Below, in pieces: positions 1 to 9,315 of a DNA stretch of 64,000 nucleotides. The notes under the pieces were generated by a model. That model saw only the letters and a program-made list of their open reading frames with translations. It did not search any database and was not told the origin of the DNA. Origin of the DNA: the human T2T-CHM13v2.0 reference genome, Homo sapiens; NCBI RefSeq assembly GCF_009914755.1, contig NC_060946.1; one strand, written 5' to 3'. How positions within the stretch are numbered: the first letter of the stretch is position 1; every line of letters starts with the position of its first letter. The position numbers and the translations under genes were made by a program.

Positions 1-1215
1 AATATCCCACTTGAAACTGAGAATCTGAGTGCCGCCTATCAATCAATCATACTACATATGTTCCAATCTATTCACTCTCTAATTTACCTAGTTTTGTATC
101 TTATCCTGTCTCTAATCCCTAACACTTCCCCAGAAATCCTCAATGTCTTTTTGGGTGTGCTTCCCTGAGAACATTGAATCACCCAAAGACAATTTCCAAG
201 ACTCCTGAAACCATTTAAACTCACTTTCCCATGTCTACACCCACATACTCTCCATTTTCACCTATTATTATCTGTGAAATAACTGGCCCCTATCTGTATA
301 TTGTCTGATGATGATTTCTATATTACAGGTGAAGACAATGAGAATAGGGTTAGAGCTACTTTCTCATTATAGCATAGCATAGCTTAGAATCAAATCCACG
401 CAGTCCACCACTGAAACTGGGGTTCCAAGTCAGTGTATTTGGAGAAGGAGAGCTAGTAGAAAAACAAGGATGAAAAGATCCAGGATGAAGTTTCTGATGG
501 AAGAAAAGGACATTTTTACTATTATGAACTCCTTGAAGTAGACCTTAAGCATTCTCATCTAGACAAATATCCATTCATCCACTCCAGTGAGCTGATTAAG
601 TTTTAGGATTTTAAGGGTCAGTGAACAATTATTACTCATTCAGCAATTAAAGAAGGATTAATATGAATATTATATTGGAGAAGTTTCATTTAAAACATAT
701 TTGATTGATTTTTGGCAATTGTCTTCTATCAGATCATTACCAATCCATATGAGTTGGTAGGAAGGGAGAAAACCCAAAACTTAACCAGATGTCTGAAGTT
801 AGGGAACATTTTATAACCAACCCAGGGGGAAAAATGCTCAAAATGGGAAAGATGAGGACAGAAAATACATTTCAAAGATTTTAACTTTTTGACAAAATGT
901 CAATTCTGTGCAAGAAAAACTGATTGTGTGAATATAACTTTGTCATTTACATCTGCCAATGTGTTCAGAAATATTTAATTTATAATTTTTTTAATAGTAG
1001 TTTGTTAACACAAAATTTATTCATCAAAGTATCTAAAACATTCTAAAAATACTAAAAATTTTCAATTTAAAGATTAAGCTAAACAGCTCTGTATATATAA
1101 GTAAGCTCAAACACACGTGCATGCTCCCCAACAATAACACTGCTACATATATTGACTGGTGGTTTTGGTTTCATTTCATTTTATAATGGCAAATCTGGTT
1201 AAGACCCAGATTCTG

Positions 1216-1510
<295 letters not shown>

Positions 1511-1548
1511 AATCCCAGATTCTGAATTGAATCTCACAATAAGGATCT

Positions 1549-3089
1549 CAATTGCCTCAAAGAGAATAAAATACCTAGAAATCCAACTTACAAGGGATGT
1601 GAAGGACCTCTTCAAGGAGAACTACAAACCACTGCTCAAGGAAATAAAAGAAGATACAAACAAATGTAAGAACCTTCCATGCTCATGGGTAGGAAGAATC
1701 AATATTGTAAAAATGGCCATACTGACCAAGGTAATTTATAGATTCAATGCCATCCCCATCAAGCTACCAATGACTTTCTTCACAGAATTGGAAAAAACTA
1801 CTTTAAAGTTCATATGGAACCAAAAAAGAGCCTGCATTGCCAAGTCAATCCTAAGCCAAAAGAACAAAGCTGGAGGTACGACGCTACCTGACTTCAAACT
1901 ATACTACAAGGCTACAGTGACCAAAAGAGCATGGTACTTGTACCAAAAGAGAGATAGAGGCCAATGGAATGGAACAGAGCCCTCAGAAATAATGCCGCAT
2001 ATCTACAACTATCTGATCTTTGAGAAACCTGACAAAAACAAGAACTAGGGAAAGGATTCCCTATTTAATAAATGGTGCTGGGAAAACTGGCAAGCCATAT
2101 GTAGAAAGCTGAAACTGGATCCCTTCCTTACACTTTATACAAAAATTAATTCAAGATGGATTAAAGACTTACATGTTAGACCTAAAATCATAAAAACCAT
2201 AGAGAAAAACTAGGCAATACCATTCAGGGCATAGGCATGGGCAAGGACTTCATGTCTAAAACACCAAAAGCAATGGCAACAAAAGCCAAAATTGACAAAT
2301 GGGATCTAATTAAACTAAAGAGCTTCTGCACAGCAAAAGAAACCACCATCAGAGTGAACAGGCAACATACAGAATGGGAGAAAAGTTTCACAACCTACTC
2401 ATCTGACAAAGGGCTAATATCCAGAATCTACAATGAACTCCAACAAATTTACAAGAAAAAAACAACCCCATCAAAAAGTGGGCGAAGGATATGAACAGAC
2501 ACTTCTAAAAAGAAGACATTTATGCAGCCAAGAAACACATGAAAAAATGCTATCACTGCCCATCAGAGAAAAGCAAATCAAAACCACAATGAGATACCAT
2601 CTCACACCAGTTAGAATGGCAATCATTAAAAAGTCAGGAAACAACAGGTGCTGGAGAGGATGTGGAGAAATAGGAAAACTTTTACACTGTTGATGAGACT
2701 GTGAACTATTTCAACCATTGTGGAAGTCAGTGTGGTGATTCCTCAGGGATCTAGAACTAGAAATACCATTTGACCCAGCCATCCCATTACTGGGTATGTA
2801 CCCAAAGGATTATAAGTCATGCTGCTCTAAAGACACATGCACACATATGTTTATTGTGACACTATTCACAATAGCAAAGACTTGGAACCAACCCAAATGT
2901 CCAACGATGATAGACTGGATTAAGAAAATGTGGCACATATACACCATGCAATACTATGCAGCCATAAAAATGATGAGTTTATGTCCTTTGTAGGGACATG
3001 GATGAAGCTGGAAACCATCATTCTCAATAAACTATCGCAAGGATGAAAAGCCAAACACCACATATTCTCACTCATAGGTGGGAATTGAA
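1549..3089 (+). pseudogene. Disrupted L1 ORF2 remnant (end of RT domain and C-terminal domain)
   Basis: ORF2p homology is split over ORFs 1455-2048, 2237-2494, 2433-2693 and 2796-2993 by a premature TAG (2046-2048) and frameshifts. Confidence 0.9.
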
Positions 3090-3350
3090 CAATGAGAACA
3101 CATGGACACAGGAAGGGGAACATCACACACTGGGAACTGTTGTGGTGTGGGGGGAGCGGGGAGGGATAGCATTAGGAGATACACCTAATGTAAATGACGA
3201 GTTAATGGGTGCAGCACACCAACATGGCACATGTATACATATGTAACGAACCTGCACGTTGTGCACATGTACCCTAAAACTTAAAGTATAATAATAATAA
3301 TTTAAAAAAGAAATGAAAACATATGTCCACACACAAAAAAAAAAGAAAAA
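1549..3350 (+). mobile_element. 5'-truncated LINE-1 (L1PA3/L1PA4-like): 3' part of ORF2, 3' UTR, poly(A) and short 3' transduction
   Basis: ORF-track fragments match L1 ORF2p ([23 protein letters not shown]..., [25 protein letters not shown]). The 3' UTR reads AATGTAAATGACGAGTTAATGGG (GAG, not the Ta ACA). TSD is AATAAGGATCTCAA (1538-1551) / AATAAGGTTCTCAA (3351-3364). The subfamily call is approximate. Confidence 0.93.
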
Positions 3351-4482
3351 AATAAGGTTCTCAAAGAGGTCAATATGTATATAATCTCTTCTTAAAAAAA
3401 TTTTCTCCCATTGTTTATTGAAATATCACACAGGCTCTGACTTTGTTTATACCCTTAAGAAGTACGTAGATTTATGTGTAGCTTTTGTAAAGTGAAAACT
3501 CAGAATGTCTACTCTGTTCTGGTACCACTTTAGTTTAATTGTTGGAAAATATTTAATAAAAATGAATTACTCAACAAATGGAAAATTTGAACTTTGCATA
3601 CTAAATTTTTACTTCATATTATCAACTCTTGAAAAATAAGTGTGTCTATTAGAAATGACACTCATTTGACTATACCATAATGTATTTCAGACTTTTTATC
3701 TTCTGCTACAGAATTTCTCCGTCCTTTGAATTATGTTAGCGGGCTTTATTTGGCCAGTATTGGTGATCCACCTCCACTAATTTGCAACTCTATTATCTTA
3801 CCCCCAGGGATGCATTTCCGTAGTTCTGCCTTGTTATGAGTGTCATTTTTTTCTTCTGTTTTGTTGACTGCCATTCAAGTAGTTTTGGCTTTATCAGAGA
3901 TTTTCACTTTATTGTTTATCACCTCCTCATTTTTTTTAGCTTCTCATAATTTACTGTATTATATCTACCTGGGCTTTTTGTTCCTTTACAGATTTGTTTC
4001 ATTTTATTTTTAGCTTATGATACTTCTAAAGTCTGTACCCTTTTAATTTTCACTTGCTTCATCGTCACATTCTTGGGTTTTGTTTTTATTTCAAAATACC
4101 AGAAAGTAGGATGTCTCAGCATCTTGGTGAGTGGAATAGTTTATTTATAATCCAAAAAAAACCCCATACTTTTTGTGAGCTATCTGCTTCTGAGTAAAAA
4201 TTTTATATAAAAATTCTTGAAAAAAAATCTTAAACTTCTGAAGGATTGAATGAGATTTTAAAAATCATTCTATACAACAGGTGCAAAATTTTTATTCCTC
4301 TACTCAAGAGAAATAATGAACATTTGTTATTCATTTACTAACATCTAAATGTTAATGTATTCAATTATACATTATTAAAACACGATTAAGCTTAAGAGGT
4401 GGAAAAGTATAAAACAAACAAGTGTATAATTTACCTTTATTAATATGAAACATCTTTTTCTCTCCTGAAAATAAAGATTAAC

Positions 4483-4545
4483 CAGTGGTGTGCTGAGTCG
4501 GGAGGGGGTGTGTTGGAGGGAGAAAAGCCATGATTTGCCAATTTC
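4483..4545. mobile_element. Possible degraded hAT DNA-transposon fragment (MER63-like)
   Basis: CAGTGGTGTGCTG... followed by GAAAAGCCATGATTTGCCAATTTC resembles my recollection of the MER63 terminus. The match is short and diverged. Confidence 0.3.
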
Positions 4546-4979
4546 AGCACAAAACTGAAAATGGTTATTAATCTTTACTAGCTCCAGATATCTTTTAACA
4601 TATATTGAAATCCATGACCCTTAAAAAGAAAACATATATATAGATTTTGACAAAACTTTGCAGTTCCACTCATGGATCCCTGTGTAAGAATCGCTTTTCT
4701 ATGTGTGTTTGCAATTTAAAGAGTTCAGACTTTATGATTCACAGTTGACAACTCATGATTTAATCTGAACACTTAGGCTTTTATAATTTGGGAGTCAGGT
4801 GTTTAACTGCTGTAGTAGTAACTGCTTCTTCTCAGAGAAACTTAATAGATAAGACCAGGAAAATGTCCCTTGGTGTGCAACACATCTCTTCTTTCTGAAC
4901 ATACCGTATAAGACGCTAACTTTGTCTCAAAGTTTATATGACTTTTGCATTTGCATTACTAGCTATTTTCTTTTGGAAC

Positions 4980-5687
4980 TGTAGGACTTGGAGACCTTTC
5001 CCTCTACCCTCTGAAGGTATGATAACTGAGTCTATTGAATAAATGGATAACAGGCATGTCAAAAGAAGAAAATGTTTACACATTTATTACACGTATGGGG
5101 GAATCACAGGAAAGAAAAGTGGAATCAAAAACAAAATAAAACAAAACAAACAAAACACCACCAAGAAAAAACCCCAGTGAGATTTAGGAGCTTGTAGGGA
5201 AGGCAGGAGGAAGAATGTAGGAAACTTAAGGGAGAGCAAATGACTTTTGGGAAAGATGACCAGACCCCTAGGAGCATAGATGATAGTTTGTGGCAGTCTA
5301 CCTTGGTGTGGAATGGACTCTTAGTCTTGTCTCCTGTGATATGAGGAGTCAATTTTCCCTGGCTGATGAAACTCCTAGGAAGGAGATGAATGTCTTTGTG
5401 CTGAGAAGACAGTATCTTGAAGCTTTGTTTTCCAATTCAGTTCTAAATCTGCAGTGTATAAAAATCTCCTCTTCATGCTTTGGATGTTATGGTAGATAAA
5501 TGGTATCTTTACAAAGATACATTCATTCTGGTATTGAAAATTCCTTTTGGAGGATCTCTCTTGAGGAACGTAAAGGGAGTGCAGAGAAAGCATGTCCCAC
5601 AGTTGTTATTTTTCAAATATTTTCAGTTCAATGTAATCAGTACACCAAAGCTATACATTTAGGACTGGCATTTCCTGAACACCTTCA
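4980..5687 (-). mobile_element. Solo LTR, ERV1 class (MER34/MER39/MER67-like)
   Basis: TG...CA termini (TGTAGG at 4980, CCTTCA ending 5687) with an exact 4-bp TSD GAAC (4976-4979 / 5688-5691), typical of ERV1. The minus-strand start TGAAGGTGTTCAGGAAATGCCAGTCC resembles MER34/39-group LTRs. A minus-strand AATAAA lies at ~5083-5088. The exact family is uncertain. Confidence 0.75.
5394..5539 (+). repeat. Copy 1 of a ~145-bp local direct repeat (inside the LTR)
   Basis: CTTTGTGCTGAgAAGACAGTAT...CATTCTGGTAtTGAAA aligns without obvious gaps to 6138-6283, roughly 90% identical by eye. Confidence 0.9.
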
Positions 5688-6137
5688 GAACTCTTTTTAT
5701 CCCATGTTATTTCTATGAGATCACGTGATTAAGAACAACTTTTACTTGCCACTTACATATATATTGAAAAGGCAAACTTTCCTTTCATAGTTTGCTAATT
5801 TTGGCAAAGTACTTTAACAAAAGTTAAATTAAGTAAGTAAGTGAAATTTTCTGTTCTATTGTTTTGAAAACAATTCTAGAAACGGTCCTTGTAAGAACAG
5901 CAAAAAGAGAAAAAGATAATTCTCAACTGCAGCTTCAACCACTCTTTGCGTAACAATGTATCTAATTAAAAGGCAAAACTCTCTATTTCAGGTTTATATG
6001 TATCAATTGCTTGATTAGAAAGTAAATTATTTACCCCATATAATCTGGTGTCAAAAAACTTATAACAAAATTACTTTGATTTTATTGCTTATAAGTTTGT
6101 GAATTTAAATCTCAACTGACAGTGATGAATTTATTTG

Positions 6138-6283
6138 CTTTGTGCTGACAAGACAGTATGTTGAAGTTTTGTTTTCCAACTCAGTTCTAAATCTGCAGTG
6201 TATCAAAATCTCCTCATTATGCTTTGGATGTTATGGTACATAAATGGTATCTTCACAAAGATATATTCATTCTGGTACTGAAA
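6138..6283 (+). repeat. Copy 2 of the ~145-bp local direct repeat (outside the LTR)
   Basis: Matches 5394-5539; the shared core includes CAGTTCTAAATCTGCAGTGTAT and GCTTTGGATGTTATGGTA. Confidence 0.9.
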
Positions 6284-6385
6284 GTGCATACTTAAAATTC
6301 TTCATGAACAGTTTTATTGAAAAAATATGTAGACAAGCCATTAATTATACACAGTGATCTGGAACAAATTCTTTTTTTTTTTTTT

Positions 6386-6520
6386 ATAGCTAAAGGATTT
6401 ATTTATTCACTGAAGAAGAAATCCACATGGGCTCTGAAACTTAAAAGACATTAGTCCTTGTGATATGCATGCTAAATCTTTCTACAAGTCAGTAACTTTT
6501 GACTATATATGGCATTTCTC
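6386..6520 (-). other. L1 3'-transduced flanking sequence (~135 bp) from the source locus
   Basis: Non-L1 sequence between two minus-strand poly(A) tracts and inside the TSDs. Confidence 0.85.
6398..6407 (-). promoter_or_regulatory. Polyadenylation signal(s) AATAAA used by the read-through L1 transcript
   Basis: TTTATT at 6398-6403 and 6402-6407 on + reads AATAAA on -, 12-16 nt upstream of the poly(A) at 6385-6372. Confidence 0.75.
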
Positions 6521-6550
6521 TTTTTTTTTTTTTTCATTTATTTTTATTTT

Positions 6551-7291
6551 ATGAGATATCATCTCACACCAGTTAGAATGGCAATCATTAAAAAGTCAGG
6601 AAACAACAGGTGCTGGAGAGGATGCGGAGAAATAGGAACACTTTTACACTGTTGGTGGGACTGTAAACTAGTTCAACCATTGTGGAAGTCAGTGTGGCGA
6701 TTCCTCAGGGATCTAGAACTAGAAATACAATTTGACCCAGCCATCCCATTACTGGGTATATACCCAAATGAGTATAAATCATGCTGCTATAAAGACACAT
6801 GCACACGTATGTTTATTGCGGCACTATTCACAATAGCAAAGACTTGGAACCAACTCAAATGTCCAACAATGATAGACTGGATTAAGAAAATGTGGCACAT
6901 ATACACCATGGAATACTATGCAGCCATAAAAAATGATGAGTTCATATCCTTTGTAGGGACATGGATGAAATTGGAAACCATCATTCTCAGTAAACTATCG
7001 CAAGAACAAAAAACCAAACACCGCATATTCTCACTCATAGGTGGGAATTGAACAATGAGATCACATGGACACAGGAAGGGGAATATCACACTCTGGGGAC
7101 TGTGGTGGGGTTGGGGGAGGGGGGAGGGATAGCATTGGGAGATATACCTAATGCTAGATGACACATTAGTGGGTGCAGCGCACCAGCATGGCACATGTAT
7201 ACATATGTAACTAACCTGCACAATGTGCACATGTACCCTAAAACTTATCGAGTATAATAAAAAAAGTAAAATAAAATAAAATAAAAATAAA
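6551..7291 (+). mobile_element. L1HS Ta-1 3' segment (ORF2 C-terminus, 3' UTR, A-rich tail); the inverted part of the insertion
   Basis: Uninterrupted ORF2p C-terminus to the native stop at 7051 ([18 protein letters not shown]...[11 protein letters not shown]). Ta-diagnostic ACA at 7163-7165. Ta-1 diagnostic T at 6769 and G at 6772; the 394-bp spacing to ACA matches consensus positions 5536 and 5930. Confidence 0.95.
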
Positions 7292-8556
7292 TGGAACAAA
7301 TTCTTACAAGAAGCATAGCATGTCTTCCATTAACTGTATACAATTTATAAAAAGTTACTGAAAGTCTTCCTGAGGTTAAACAATAAATCTTTTAAATTTA
7401 ATCACTGTGCTCCCTCAAAGGTAATTTTTTCTTTATGACACTCAGGGGATACAGTCAGATCTCAGCCTACTTTAAACAACTAGGCAGTATTTTTAGTGCA
7501 CTTTTCTGTTTGTTAAAAAGCTAGTTGTCAAGAATAAGTTACTCAATTATCTTCCTCAATTACTTTTTATTTTGTTTTGTAATTATTATTCTATTTTGGT
7601 TTTCCTTTAGAATTGTGGACTATCTTGAATCAGAAATTGCAGAGAATATATAAATAAGTAAGAATGCACTCTTCAATCAAACTAGATCTCGAAAGTGTTT
7701 TGTTGTAGTTTATACCTTGAATTCGAAGGCCATTCTATAAAAGACACTTGAAAAATTTTCAAGCTCTTATATTTCATAATAGTACAGAATTTATTGTTCT
7801 TTTATTTGCAAGGAGATAGACCAGATAAAATATCACTTTATTTTTTACAGTGTTGACTTTGATATTCTAAACTTGTCAGTTTATACAGATTAATGAAGAC
7901 TCCATACATGTAAAATTCACTATAATTTTTTTCTAGTATGACAGTCCAAACAAATAGTAACAACATACCCAAACAGGTAAAGTAAAAATATACAATAGCT
8001 TGACAAAAAAAAAGAAGAAAAAAGAAACCCCTATACATTCCTTAACATTCTAAAACTCTGAGGACCAAATTGGATTCAAAAGAAACATTTCTGGTGGGCA
8101 GGGAAAGAGCTAAAAAGCTAAAGTATATAATAAGTAAATTCCTCATTGCTGTAACATATATGACCAGCATGACATTTCAATACATGTTCAAGTTTTCTGA
8201 AAAAAGTTCTAGGATAATAGGATTTCAACTTTTGATTCTACAGATATCATTCTTGTGATTGGTATGGTAGAATCATCCTCTTCATGTATTAGAGGATTCA
8301 AATGAAAAAAAATCAGGCAGCTAGTTCCTTTCCAAGAAGCCTTAGAGATTGTTGTACATAAAAATATGAACCATATTTCTGATTCAAATTTTAATTAGAG
8401 AATTCTCTTTATTCCCTCTTCTGCATAAAATTATGCACTTGCTCTCTGCTCTCCAGACAAGTAAAACTTCTTACCTGCTATAATTTGAGATAATCAAGAC
8501 TCAGAACATATTATCTCCTAGCTGAAAGTCCCAATAAACTTCTCAGGACAAAAACA

Positions 8557-8805
8557 GCAAAAAGTTAAATATGCAGAGATAGAGTATAAAACAGTGGTTA
8601 CCAGGGGCTGGGGGTGACAAGAGAAAATGGAGATAGAGAATTCGAAGGATGCAAATTTGCAGATATGTAGAATTAACAAATTGAGGGATCTAATGTACAA
8701 CATGAGGACTATAGGTATTAATATTTATTGTATATGGCATTTAACTAAAAGGGTAGTTTGTAGGTACTCTTTCCTCACACACATATCCAAAAGAAAGGTA
8801 ACTGA
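8557..8805 (+). mobile_element. Old mammalian L1 (L1MA/L1MB-like) 3' UTR fragment
   Basis: Motifs GTGGTTACCAGGGGCTGGGGG, GATCTAATGTACAACATGAGGACTATAG and AAAGGTAACT resemble L1MA/MB 3' ends. The fragment is interrupted at ~8805. Confidence 0.7.
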
Positions 8806-8807
8806 GA

Positions 8808-9151
8808 TTTTCAAAGGGAATGCTTTCAGGTTTTGCCCATTCAGTATGATATTGGCTGTGGGTTTGTCATAAATAGCTCTTAATATTTTGAGATACGTCC
8901 CATCAATATCTAATTTATTGAGAGTTTTTAGCATGAAGGTTGTTGAATTTTGTCAAAGGGCTTTTCTGCATCTATTGAGATAATCGTGGTTTTTGACGTT
9001 GGTTCTCTTTATATGATGGATTACGTTTAGTGATTTGCGTATGTTGTACCAGCCTTGCATCCCAGGGATGAAACCCATTTGATCATGGTGGATAAGCTTT
9101 TTGATTTGCTGCTGGATTCGGTTTGCTAGTATTTTATTGAGGATTTTTGCA
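8808..9151 (-). mobile_element. L1PA ORF2 (RT-domain) fragment, truncated at both ends and abutting the satellite
   Basis: Minus-strand translations [40 protein letters not shown] and [42 protein letters not shown] are L1 ORF2p. It is frameshifted and has no tail or TSD. Confidence 0.93.
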
Positions 9152-9315
9152 CTCCACTCCACTCCACTCCACTCCATTCTATTCCATTCCATTCCATTCC
9201 ATCTCATTTCATTCCATTCCCTTCCACTGTACTCCATTCCATTCCACTCTACTCCAGTCCACTACACTCCATTCCATTTCATTCCAATCCATTCTATTAC
9301 ATTCTTTTATTTCTT

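Larger units (their letters stand above)
6360..7305 (-). mobile_element. Complete L1HS-Ta insertion event on the minus strand: 5'-inverted L1 plus 3' transduction, bounded by a 14-bp TSD
   Basis: Exact TSD TGGAACAAATTCTT at 6360-6373 and 7292-7305. Inside are poly(T) 6372-6385, unique sequence 6386-6520, a second T-rich tract 6521-6550, and the L1 body in + orientation 6551-7291. The right flank TCTT/AC fits the L1 endonuclease TTTT/AA preference. Confidence 0.9.

Noticed and set aside
320-410. Possible MIR remnant
   Set aside because: There is only faint resemblance (TTACAGGTGAAGACAATGAG), too diverged to support by eye.
4600-4695. Possible hAT-Charlie MITE end
   Set aside because: The similarity is weak and no paired terminal repeat or TSD was identified.
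5125-5718. Short ORFs in the LTR region
   Set aside because: They are 60-75 aa, lie within LTR sequence and show no recognisable homology.
6509-7051. 180-aa ORF with a Phe-rich N-terminus as a novel membrane protein
   Set aside because: The N-terminus is the translated poly(T) at the inversion junction and the rest is the L1 ORF2p C-terminus. There is no promoter evidence.
8953-9237. Satellite-L1 fusion ORF on the minus strand
   Set aside because: It is an incidental in-frame join across the breakpoint and frameshifts shortly afterwards.
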